Source of the DNA: Hormiphora californensis
Lineage: Eukaryota; Animalia; Ctenophora
Assembly: GCA_020137815.1 (NCBI GenBank)
Contig: CM035353.1
Coordinates: 7,378,001-7,442,000, forward strand
Reading direction: 5' to 3'
DNA length: 64,000 bases
Both the position numbers and the translations under genes were made by a program. Below, piece after piece: positions 44,426-57,173 of this stretch (positions within the stretch are counted from its first letter, which is position 1; each line of letters opens with the position of its first letter). The notes beneath the pieces are model-generated. The model saw nothing but the letters and a program-made list of their open reading frames with translations, did not search any database and was not told the origin of the DNA.

Positions 44426-45934
44426 TGGGGGGGGGGTGGCAAATTTCAGGCAGCGATTGTGGCCACATTTTTTGAGATATCGACCTGAAATTTTGTAGGC
44501 GTGTTCTAGTAGTATAACTACGTGTCATAACGTGGCCGGATTTTTGATTTTTTGCCTAATTAATTAATTATAGGTAATTAAAAAGTAGCCCCTGCACCGT
44601 GCCCCTGAGCATGGGGTGTTCTGTCCCCTGGGCATTGCCCCTGAGCCGAAATTATCTCCCGATCTGCTTGAAATATCGACTTGAAACTTTGTAGGAATGC
44701 TCTTCAAGCATAAAAAATGATCTACAAAAAGTTAGAATAGTCAAAATTAAGTAATCAATGAGTTATAGGCATGCAAAAATGGACATTTCTGGTGCCCCTG
44801 AATTTTGCCCCCGAGCATTTGAAAAAACTGCCCCTGGGCAATTTTAAAATTCAAATTGTGGCCACACTGTTTGACATATCGATCTAAAACTTTGTAGGCA
44901 TGTTCTAGTGGTATAACTAAGAGTCACCACGGAGCCTGATTTTTGATTTTTTACTTAATTAATTAATTATAAGCAATTAAAATTTTAAAATTGCCCTCGC
45001 ACTAACAAAAGTGGCCCAGGGGCACCTGAGTCGCAATTATCTCCCGATCTGCTTGAAATATCGACTTGAAACTTTGTAGGAATGCTCTTCAAGCATATAG
45101 AAAGGTCTACAAAAGGTGGGAATATTCAAAATTAAGTAATCAATGAGTTATAAGCAATTAAAAAATGGACATTTTTATGGTGCCCCTGAGCATTGCCCCT
45201 GAGCATTTGAAAATATTTTCCGTTCTGCTATAAATAACGGCCTAAAATTTTGCAGTAATGTAGTTCAAGCATATAGAAAGGTCTACAAAAAGTGGGAATA
45301 TTCAAAATTGATTATCAAATTAATTATAAGCAATTAAAAAAATGTGCAGTGGCAGTGCAGGGGCAAAAAAAATAAAGCATATATATGGCGGGAAAATATT
45401 TTGGCGGGAAACCGAAAAAGCCCAATAAGCCAAGAACGGGGTGGGGCCAAGGTCTGGCCCACTAGCTTTTGATCACCTCATCGAGCCCGATCGAACGCGA
45501 TGTCGACCTCCCACGACAACCTAAACCCCTAATCCCACGTGGTGCCAGCCAACCGCCAGCCAAACGGAAAAATCTAGTGATCCTCTATCAGCTGGTATCA
45601 AAATCTAAGCTCTAAGTGACCAGGAACTGGCATTATTAGTGCTAATTGGCGATAACGTCATAAATCACATAATTACGACTAATTAGTGAACCGGGGGTGG
45701 TAGAGACCTGTGGGATGGTACTTTGGACTTTTTATAGAGTCCCTAATCATATCAGAAAGTCAAATTTAAAATTCCAAACCCAACTTCCCACAACCGACCC
45801 TACTATAATAAACAGGCCGCCGCGCATCAAAAAATATTTTAACAGCCTGAAGGTTGCTGTTTCGACGAATCTCCCAACTTCGGGTCGGACGAGGGGAAGC
45901 TTGCCTTTTGCGATCATATATACAAACGTAGGTC

Positions 45935-45967
<33 letters not shown>

Positions 45968-47566
45968 GGGCAAATTTCAGGCAGCGATTGTGGCCACATT
46001 TTTTGAGATATCGACCTGAAATTTTGTAGGCGTGTTCTAGTAGTATAACTACGTGTCATAACGTGGCCGGATTTTTGATTTTTTGCCTAATTAATTAATT
46101 ATAGGTAATTAAAAAGTAGCCCCTGCACCGTGCCCCTGAGCATGGGGTGTTCTGTCCCCTGGGCATTGCCCCTGAGCCGAAATTATCTCCCGATCTGCTT
46201 GAAATATCGACTTGAAACTTTGTAGGAATGCTCTTCAAGCATAAAAAATGATCTACAAAAAGTTAGAATAGTCAAAATTAAGTAATCAATGAGTTATAGG
46301 CATGCAAAAATGGACATTTCTGGTGCCCCTGAATTTTGCCCCCGAGCATTTGAAAAAACTGCCCCTGGGCAATTTTAAAATTCAAATTGTGGCCACACTG
46401 TTTGACATATCGATCTAAAACTTTGTAGGTATGTTCTAGTGGTATAACTAAGAGTCACCACGGAGCCTGATTTTTGATTTTTTACTTAATTAATTAATTA
46501 TAAGCAATTAAAATTTTAAAATTGCCCTCGCACTAACAAAAGTGGCCCAGGGGCACCTGAGTCGCAATTATCTCCCGATCTGCTTGAAATATCGACTTGA
46601 AACTTTGTAGGAATGCTCTTCAAGCATATAGAAAGGTCTACAAAAGGTGGGAATATTCAAAATTAAGTAATCAATGAGTTATAAGCAATTAAAAAATGGA
46701 CATTTTTATGGTGCCCCTGAGCATTGCCCCTGAGCATTTGAAAATATTTTCCGTTCTGCTATAAATATCGACTTGAAACTTTGTAGGAATGCTCTTCAAG
46801 CATATAGAAAGGTCTACAAAAAGTGGGAATATTCAAAATTAACTATCCAATTAATTATAAGCAATTAAAAAAATGTGCAGTGGCAGTGCAGGGGCAAAAA
46901 AATAAAGCATATATATGGCGGGAAAATATTTTGGCGGGAAACCGAAAAAGCCCAATAAGCCAAGAACGGGGTGGGGCCAAGGTCTGGCCCACTAGCTTTT
47001 GATCACCTCATCGAGCCCGATCGAACGCGACCAATGTCGACCTCCCACGACGACCTAAACCCCTAATCCCATGTGGTGCCAGCCAACCGCCAGCCAAACG
47101 GAAAAATCTAGTGATCCTCTATCAGCTGGTATCAAAATCTAAGCTCTAAGTGACCAGGAACTGGCATTATTAGTGCTAATTGGCGATAACGTCATAAATC
47201 ACATAATTACGACTAATTAGTGAACCGGGGGTGGTAGAGACCTGTGGGATGGTACTTTGGACTTTTTATAGAGTCCCTAATCATATCAGAAAGTCAAATT
47301 TAAAATTCCAGACCCAACTTCCCACAACCGACCCTACTATAATAAACAGGCCGCCGCGCATCAAAAAATATTTTAACAGCCTGAAGGTTGCTGTTTCGAC
47401 AAATCTCCCAACTTCGGGTCGGACGAGGGGAAGCTTGCCTTTTGCGATCTAATTTAGGTGCCGGCAGGCACCTCCGACCCGAAGAAAACAGAAAAAACGA
47501 AAAAAACAAAAATTTTGCCCCTGCACCAAATCCAAAAAGCCGGCCCTATATATACAAACGTAGGTC

Positions 47567-47599
<33 letters not shown>

Positions 47600-50240
47600 G
47601 GGCAAATTTCAGGCAGCGATTGTGGCCACATTTTTTGAGATATCGACCTGAAATTTTGTAGGCGTGTTCTAGTAGTATAACTACGTGTCATAACGTGGCC
47701 GGATTTTTGATTTTTTGCCTAATTAATTAATTATAGGTAATTAAAAAGTAGCCCCTGCACCGTGCCCCTGAGCATGGGGTGTTCTGTCCCCTGGGCATTG
47801 CCCCTGAGCCGAAATTATCTCCCGATCTGCTTGAAATATCGACTTGAAACTTTGTAGGAATGCTCTTCAAGCATAAAAAATGATCTACAAAAAGTTAGAA
47901 TAGTCAAAATTAAGTAATCAATGAGTTATAGGCATGCAAAAATGGACATTTCTGGTGCCCCTGAATTTTGCCCCCGAGCATTTGAAAAAACTGCCCCTGG
48001 GCAATTTTAAAATTCAAACTGTGGCCACACTGTTTGACATATCGATCTAAAACTTTGTAGGCATGTTCTAGTGGTATAACTAAGAGTCACCACGGAGCCT
48101 GATTTTTGATTTTTTACTTAACTAATTAATTATAAGCAATTAAAATTTTAAAATTGCCCCCGCACTAACAAAAGTGGCCCAGGGGCACCTGAGTCGCAAT
48201 TATCTCCCGATCTGCTTGAAATATCGACTTGAAACTTTGTAGGAATGCTCTTCAAGCATATAGAAAGGTCTACAAAAGGTGGGAATATTCAAAATTAAGT
48301 AATCAATGAGTTATAAGCAATTAAAAAATGGACATTTTTATGGTGCCCCTGAGCATTGCCCCTGAGCATTTGAAAATATTTTCCGTTCTGCTATAAATAT
48401 CGACTTGAAACTTTGTAGGAATGCTCTTCAAGCATATAGAAAGGTCTACAAAAAGTGGGAATATTCAAAATTGATTATCAAATTAATTATAAGCAATTAA
48501 AAAAATGTGCAGTGGCAGTGCAGGGGCAAAAAATAAAGCATATATATGGCGGGAAAATATTTTGGCGGGAAACCGAAAAAGCCCAATAAGCCAAGAACGG
48601 GGTGGGGCCAAGGTCTGGCCCACTAGCTTTTGATCACCTCATCGAGCCCGATCGAACGCGACCAATGTCGACCTCCCACGACGACCTAAACCCCTAATCC
48701 CACGTGGTGCCAGCCAACCGCCAGCCAAACGGAAAAATCTAGTGATCCTCTATCAGCTGGTATCAAAATCTAAGCTCTAAGTGACCAGGAACTGGCATTA
48801 TTAGTGCTAATTGGCGATAACGTCATAAATTACATAATTACGACTAATTAGTGAACCGGGGGTGGTAGAGACCTGTGGGATGGTACTTTGGACTTTTTAT
48901 AGAGTCCCTAATCATATCAGAAAGTCAAATTTAAAATTCCAGACCCAACTTCCCACAACCGACCCTACTATAATAAACAGGCCGCCGCGCATCAAAAAAT
49001 ATTTTAACAGCCTGAAGGTTGCTGTTTCGACGAATCTCCCAACTTCGGGTCGGACGAGGGGAAGCTTGCCTTTTGCGATCATAGTTTAACATCCAGAGGA
49101 CATACCTTGACGGGTAATTCATTGAACTTATTTAAAGTGTGGTTTTGGAGCAGTAGAGGGGGTGAATAGTGAGACTTTACTTACCTGTTTACTGGTATTT
49201 GCAGACTGCTGCACAGCACGTAGAGCGGCACTAAACACCTGTTGTGCTGGTGTCTCCGAATTGTACACTATTTTTCGTTTAGGTTTGCGTTTTATAACAG
49301 CCTCCTCAGCAGTTTTCTCTGTTGTATCTTGTTTTGTGTCTTCAGTCGCTTCAGGTGGGTTGGTAGTGGTAGTGGCGTCCTGGGAAGGATGGTTGGGTGT
49401 TAGTAACAAACTACACTTTGTGTTAACAATGATAGAGTATCAACTCCCCAGACCCTAGTACCAACTCCTTGTTATGTTCTAACTAGGTCTAGCTAGGCAA
49501 CCAACTCCCAGTACTAACCTCAAAGCAGAACTCATCACACTTTTCAGGGGTCTTCAAACACTCTGCTTCCTCTTGTTCTGGCGTCCCAGGGGTCGATAAA
49601 TCATCTGAAAATAGGGAATTATGATGATGAATGTGAGCCATTTCCTGCTGCTTCCTAATTTAGCATCACATGACAGCCCTCACCATCATGACTGATATAC
49701 AATGCGCGGCGCGCTGTCTTTCAAATGCTAACAACAGTTGGATTAGCAAAGAGAGCAGCGAGCATTTCGAGCAATCGCCACACAGAAAGATGAGAATTTG
49801 TTCATTCAGGAATCTGTTGAAAATAACCAAACAACACGGAACAACCTAACAAAGTTAATACACACCTTCCCCTCCCTCCCCAGCAGCTTGACGTTCCAGC
49901 TTCCTCAACTTTTTAGATTCCCTCCGATCCCGTCTCTCCTGTTTTTCCTGTCTTCGCAGCTGTTTTAACCTTCTACGTTCCATCTTTAACAGCTTCTTTT
50001 CGTTCGACTGTGCAAGGGAATGTGAAGTTTTAGTATTGGAAAATCCAGTACAATTCTTCCCTTAATTAGTGGTCATAACTGAATCACTTTTGAAGAAAGA
50101 ATTTAATTTATTCCATTTTCGGAGCGCCTACCTTTTTATTGTTGATGGTGAATGTTAGACTGGGTTCAGCTGACGGTTCAGATAGGACCTCCCTTTCATC
50201 TTCATCATCTTCCCCGCTGTACCTGTTGGTAGTCTGGTTA

Positions 50241-50315
<75 letters not shown>

Positions 50316-50427
50316 CTCTCTATCTCTCGTCTCTCTCTTCTCTCTTCTCTCTCTCTCTCTACCTCTCCCTCTCTCTCTCTCTCTCTCTATCTCTATCTCC
50401 TTCCCTTCTCTCTCTCTCTCTCTCTCG

Positions 50428-50484
<57 letters not shown>

Positions 50485-50545
50485 CTCTCCTTCTCATCTC
50501 CTCTCTCTCTCTCTCTCGTCTCTCTCGTCTCTCTCTCTCTCTCTC

Positions 50546-50579
<34 letters not shown>

Positions 50580-50593
50580 TCTCTCCTCTCTCT

Positions 50594-50634
<41 letters not shown>

Positions 50635-53504
50635 TCTCTCGTACATCTACTATACTCTCGTCCATCCTCTCATCTCTCTCTCTCTACCTTCTCATCTCTC
50701 ATCCTCTCTCAGGCATCGTCTCTCTCTCTCTCTCCTCTCGCTATCGTCCTCTCTCTCTTCTCGTATCTCTTCTCTCTCTCTCTCTCCTCTCCTCTCTCCC
50801 TCATCGCCTGCCCTCCCACCGCCTCCTCCTACCCCCCCATCCTCAGCAACAAAGAGACTCTTATCAACATTATCAAAGGGTCGTTGCAGTCGTCGAGAAT
50901 CAGTTGTTGAGCGATCTAGAAAAGAGAGTTTACAGGTCTATAGCTCTAGCAGGGGGGGGGGGTATGTAACAGCAAATACTGTGTGTATAAACAGTCAATT
51001 TATCTTACCCATATCATGTGTCTCAGCTAGTGTCTGAACGGTAAAGTCAGGTGTCCTCTCTCTACTGCCTGGTTCCTTTCTTTTCCCTCCCATCATCGAC
51101 TTGAGGGCTTGTTCCCGAAGAATATCTGACAAAATACACTTTCATAGACCGAATAATATATAGAATAATATAGAATCTCAACTGAAGACGCCCTAAAACA
51201 TTTAACATAAAACATCATCTTGATTTCTTACCGGCTAAAGATTTAACATTAGCAGCATCAGTACTTTTCTCTGTCCCCTCACTCCTGACTCCCTTCAGAC
51301 TTATGATCTTGCTCGCAGCAGGAGACGTCTCCTCGCTCTGTGATTCCTTCTCCTCTTGGGATACCTGGGGCTGGATAACCAATATTAAACCACGGTTATC
51401 AGATCATACAGAAAGTGAGGTGATTGATGATTCCAATATACAACACTTCTTGTTATCTACTCACTGTGATGGCAGAGTAGTCAGGTGTCCTGGGTGCTTC
51501 CTCTCCATACACAGGTGTCTTATTCCCCTCCTCCTCCTCCTCTTCCTCTTCATGCACAATATCGTGTGATGGGGTGGGTGGCCGGTATATATCATCTCCA
51601 TTAGCTGTAGTAGTGGCCTCTTCAGGTTTAGTTTCCCCAGATGATTCGAGGGTGGTAGTTGGAGAGGGGGTTGGCTGGGATTCCGAGGTTTTATCTGAGG
51701 TGCTGTCATTCCTCTTGTTACTATGGTGATGAGATGGAGATCTGAAGGGAGGGGGTCGGGTGTAACTTCACTGCCAAAAACAAAATGATGGACTATTAAT
51801 TTATTAGATCTAAGTGTGAAAATACAGTGAATCTCCCAAACATCACTTTCCCACAAACACCCCCAGAAACGATATTACAGACTACAGTCAGTGCCTGACA
51901 ACAGAGACTACACAGAAACTAAACCTACTTGTTTCTCCTTCGTTTCCCGGTGCTCCTTCCTCCCCGGTTCCTCCTCCCCGGTGAATCGGATCTAGATCTG
52001 GTCCTCCTCTTATTGCTTCCTGCCCTGTTCTGCTTGTTTCGTCTCCTCTCCCCGTGGTACCTTTGTTGCTGTTGTTGTTGCTGTTGGATTGGTACTGTAC
52101 CAGGGGCTTGCATTATGTTTCCTGTGAGGAGGGGGGTGGGAGGGTTAGTGGGTGAAAAGGTGTAATTGGACGGTGATGAGATGGGAGACTTTCTTGATGT
52201 GACACACACAGCACAGGATGTGATACACACACAGCACAGAGGGGGGGGGGGCAGCACAGAGATGTGATGCATGTTACAATGTTCCGTGTGATCTCATCAA
52301 CATGTTAAAAGCTTTATATCGCCACCCCCCCCCCCGTTATACTAGCGGCGGGGGTGGGAGGTAGGCACGTGTTTTAGAGTTTAGACTAAACAATATTATT
52401 TTAAACGTGTATTGTGATTTGACGTCAATGCCTAAACTCATAACACCCCCAAACAGATAATGATACCCCCACCCTCTGCCTAGTGTTACTCACCGAACAT
52501 GATTGGTTGGTGGTGGGTGGTAGGAGCTGCTGCCATATACATTAACATGGGCTGTCCAGTAGGAGCCGCAGTGGTCGGTACCCCAATATTAGCACCTGGA
52601 TAAGGGGGTTCTGTCCACCTCCCTCCTTCGCTTAATACTACTTCATAGTTTCACACCACTACACTATCTAGTATCTAGTATCTCTCTCTCTTTCTCTCTC
52701 TCTCGCCTACTCAGATCAAAATCTCTGTATCTTAACTTACTCCTAATTTACTCTTAACTTCATATACCTTGAATGGGCTGTTGAGCGAAGGAGGGTAGGA
52801 ATCCTGAAATATAATGTTTATGAATCCCCGCAAAGGGGAACAGGGGAAACTAAGGTAGGTGGGGCAACCATTGGAATTTTAAATGGTGAGCTGAAAAATC
52901 ACAATGAGAAGCTTGAGAGATAAAGGATAATTTTGAAACTTGGTTGCCCCCACTGACCCAATTTACATTCTCTTTTTCAACATTATTGGGCCCTCTCTTT
53001 CACATTCTAACTACAGCAACTCTACTTCTAGCAAAGCTCTTTTCTTTTCTTTCTTTTTCTCTCATTTTTCAGACAAGCCGAATAACAACATAAGAAACAG
53101 ATCGCATTTCATAGTGTCCGATGGAAATCTGTCGGCAGTAGGACCATCCTCACTGGGAGTGTGAACCATGGGATTGCCACGACCAGAGATCACAGATACT
53201 ATCTCGATTGTATCAGGGGGAATCAGGGGAGGTAAGGACCTGGTGTGGGTGTGGTTGTCTGGAATCCTTGGAATTGGGGTGTCGAGGTGGTCATCATTGG
53301 GAAGGGCATTGGTTGTGTTGGCATTGTAGGCAACATGGGTGGTGGTGGTAACATCCCTCCAGGAAGATTTGGTACTCTGGGCATCTAAATGGGAATTTCT
53401 GAGTTAGTAAAAAGAAGTTTTGTTGTTTAGCAGGAGCTCGGGAAAATCAAAATTTTGAAAAATGGTTTTTATGATGCTTGAATGGGAAAACAAACCTGGG
53501 CCAT
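41776..53504 (-). CDS. Multi-exon low-complexity protein with ZC3H11A-like motifs (Pro/Gln-rich N-terminus, RS region, coiled coil, two NPF motifs, acidic C-terminus)
   Basis: About 15 phase-consistent exons; VKSLADILREQALK and terminal EDEDDLLNEFEEILK* resemble ZC3H11A motifs; no CCCH fingers found. Confidence 0.65.
42546..49086 (+). mobile_element. Head-to-tail concatemer of four ~1.55-kb Helentron/HINE-like units within one intron
   Basis: Units end near 44373, 45914, 47453 and 49086; subTIRs CCGACCCGAAG/CTTCGGGTCGG; 5' hairpin AGGTGCC-GGCA-GGCACCT; five internal ~170-200-bp ATATCGACTTGAAACTTTGTAGG-type subrepeats per unit. Confidence 0.85.
50245..50820. repeat. (GA)n followed by degenerate (TC)n low-complexity tract
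   Basis: Direct inspection; similar (GA)n/(TC)n tracts at 26520-26660, 27657-27725, 28350-28500, 30949-31190 and 57095-57170. Confidence 0.9.
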
Positions 53505-53639
53505 TGAAGTATCGGTCTTTAATCCCGTGAATAAACGCTGGAGATAACAAAACTTGAAAGTTTTAGCACTTGACACAAAACGGGATCTTGTTTTTTGGAA
53601 GTGACCTGAATTTTGAATTTCAGAGCACTGCAACTGACT

Positions 53640-53740
53640 TGAAATACAAGCGCGCGCAAGTTATATGTTTTTACGCGCGGCGTTACAATTGCGCGTCCCT
53701 TTTGTGACGTCACGGATTGGGGCGCTATGACGTCATTTAT
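53640..53740. promoter_or_regulatory. CpG-rich promoter with two TGACGTCA (CRE) sites upstream of the 53504 gene
   Basis: TGACGTCA near 53705 and 53728; several CGCG motifs in otherwise CpG-poor DNA. Confidence 0.5.
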
Positions 53741-53975
53741 TGATGTTTTCCCCTTCATTGAGCAAATTCAAAACACATTTATGATGGAAATAGTTAATAA
53801 GTTACTGCTTAGGGCAAGAAAACACAGTTCTGCAGTTTCAAAAATTTAAAAAACTGGGCATAAACTCTGTGGCCCCATATTCACTGAGCGACCTTCAGCA
53901 AGAAAAGGCGTTCTGCAGGCGACTAGGTGGTGTCTAGTAAAGGTGGTAAGAAGGGTGCTCAATGGAAGTAACGCG

Positions 53976-53979
<4 letters not shown>

Positions 53980-54072
<93 letters not shown>
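53980..54072. repeat. (CA)n microsatellite
   Basis: Direct dinucleotide array. Confidence 0.95.
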
Positions 54073-54073
<1 letters not shown>

Positions 54074-54498
54074 CTGGGGGTTTAAAGGAAGGAAAGGGGT
54101 GCAAAAAAGGGTAGAAGGGAACATGAGAGAGAGAGATAGAGAGAGGAGTAGTTATTTGGGTAACTATAAAAATAAAAAAGTGTTTTGACATCTTCTTTCT
54201 GTAACACAGAAAATATAGAAGGATGGGGTATTACACATGTTAGACATTCAACATGTTAAACGCTACCCAAATAGTTATCAAATAGAGCTATAATATAGGG
54301 GAGGGGGGTCCTCTCTCTCAGTGTCTGTTGAATGTGGTGTGGCGTGGCCTAAATCGCTGTTAGGGCGGAGCTTTGAAACCTACAGGGGAGAATTAAACAT
54401 TAGAAAGATAAAATATGCATATAATGACACCCAGGATAAGTTAGTACCCAACAACAAAAAGATAAGAGGGTATTCACCGTATGTACCTGACTACTAAC

Positions 54499-56682
54499 TC
54501 AAGACTCTGTGGGCGTGGCTCGTGGGGCAGCAGAGTTGGGTCTTGGTGCACCACCACGGCTGGTAGCACCCCCTCGACCTCCTCCAGTTCCCCCTCGGCT
54601 GTTGTTGTAGCTCTTGTTGTAGTTAGGCTTGCCCCGGTATCCTGAGAGGGGATATTAATAACTTGTGGGGGTAGTTCTAAATCATGAACTAAGAATCACA
54701 GAGAGAGAGGCTGTATAAGCTAGTGTTGTGATAGTTTTATTATCACAGAGAGAGAGACAGTATCAGTATCCCGATAGTATTTTCAATTTTGGGATGTTTT
54801 TAGTACCTGAGCCAGTGTTGGATCCACCTCGGGGTCCGCCCCTAGATCCAGGATTACCACCCCTCCTATCACCTCCCTCCCTCCTATCACCTCCCTCTCT
54901 CCTGTCTCCACCCTCTCTCCTGTCTCCACCCTCTCGCCTATCACCGCCACCTCTGGAAGATCCTCTAGAGTAGCTACCCCGTCCTCCGTTATACCTAAAT
55001 GAGACACTAAGAGTGAGTATTTTATAAAGGAGTATACAGCAATGAAGCTTAATAAAAGATTGGGTAGCCGGTAGGTAGATATTAGGCAGTTGCTAGACCT
55101 TAATTTAGGGCTGTCTAAGATGGTTACCTGTTGTTACTGGTGCCCCTTGAACTTCCCCGATCCCTACTGTAACTGCCGCCACGGCTGTAACTCCCACCGC
55201 GAGGCTTGTTGTTTGCTGTCCTATTCCTTCTGTCACCTCCTACCTCTGTGAAGCCGTCCTCGTCAACCTTTTGCTGAGGGGTTTATTGTTGGATTTTGTG
55301 GGGGATGGAGAGGTCGCATTATTATGGTAGTCATGGTAAATAGGGAGTTACCATGGTAACTAGGGGTAACTAACCGTGGTCTGGTCCTTCATCTCAGGTT
55401 GCTGGGTAACAGGTGCGGCACCATTCTCTACCAACAGCAGCAGGAGCAGCAGCAGGGGGAGCACCATTTGTCATCTGTGTGGGGAGAGGTGCAGCAGCAG
55501 CTACACTACTACCACCCCAGTCAATAGTGCTCTTCTGGGCCCAGGGGTTAGCAGCTGGGGCAGCAGGGGTAGTGATGGTGACTAGATTGAAGGCACTGTC
55601 CCCTCCTGTCTTGGTGGTGGTAGTGTCGTTAGTGGACCAGGCCATGACGGCAGGGTCTGCCGAGACAACCTCCTCGTCTTGAGATAGGGCCCCGAATGTA
55701 GCTGAGGGGGGAGGGGTATATTAGGGGGGTTATCCTGATCTCTCAACGCCAAAAATATTGTAAAGGAGGATTAGAAGTTCTAACTTAGAACCTAATAAAT
55801 ACGGGGTCTGATCAATGATGAGACTCACCCTTTCCATCCTCAGCCTCAGGGCTGGTAGGTTGGAACTCCGCGGCAAGGGGTGACAACTGAGACTCTGATC
55901 GATCCAACTGACTGTCGTGCATGAAGTTGACAATACCATCACCGGCATCACCGGTACCAGCCTCTCCGTTTAGCATGGCCTCTTCGACAGGGGTAATCTG
56001 GGAGCGGGGCAATAGTTGGGGAATGGGTAATCTGGGAGCGGGGAAATAGTTGGGGAATGGGTAATCTGGGTGCGGGGAAATAGTTGGGGAATGGGTAATC
56101 TGGGAGCGGGGAAATAGTTGGGGAATGGGTAATCTGGGAGCGGGGAAATAGTTGGGGAATGGGTAATCTGGGAGCGGGGAAATAGTTGGGGAATGGGTAA
56201 TCTGGGAGCGGGGAAATAGTTGGGGAATGGGTAATCTGGGAGCGGGGAAATAGTTGGGGAATGGGTAATCTGGGAGCGGGGAAATAGTTGGGGAATGGGT
56301 AATCTGGGTGCGGGGAAATAGTTGGGGAATGGGCCCTCTTACAACAGAGGAATGGTTGGGGAATGGGCCCTATTAGAACAGGGCCCAGGGGTAATCTGGG
56401 AGTAGCGGGGGAATGGCTAGGGAAGGGGCCCTCTTAGAGGAATGGTAAAACATAACAGTGAGGGGGGGGTTTGAAAATGCTCCTGCGATAATTCATACAG
56501 CATAATGTATGTGGGAAACAGGGGGCTGTTCCAGCTAACAGCACGACGTCAGCAGTGTGTGATAAGTTAAGTGTGATAATACGGGACAGATATCATGCAT
56601 TAGCTTACTCACTGCTTATCACCATTGTCTCACTACAGCTGTGCTTAATTCAATACTGCTTCTTTTTTATCAACACTGTGGT

Positions 56683-56718
<36 letters not shown>

Positions 56719-57091
56719 CTCTCCCCCTCACTATCTCTCTATACTTCCCCTTACTCTCTCTCTCTCTCTCCCCCCTAAAATTCCCCTTACTCTCTCCCCC
56801 CCCCCCCTAAATTTCCCCTCTCCTCTCTCTAAGAACTCACGGAGTCGACTGATTCAGCAACCTCAGCAACCTCATCAGCAGCAGGGGACTCTTCTTCAGC
56901 GGGGCTTGTGGCCTCAACAATCTCTGGGGATACCTCTTCGGGGGTCACAACATCCCCCTCCTCAGCAGGTTCAACAGGGCTCACAGCTTCTTCTTCTTCT
57001 TGAGTTGCTTCAGGTTCAGCTTCCACTTCCTCAGGAGCTTCTTCGACTACCTCGGGTTCCTGTTGGGATGTTGAGAGATAGAAAGTGGAGC

Positions 57092-57173
<82 letters not shown>

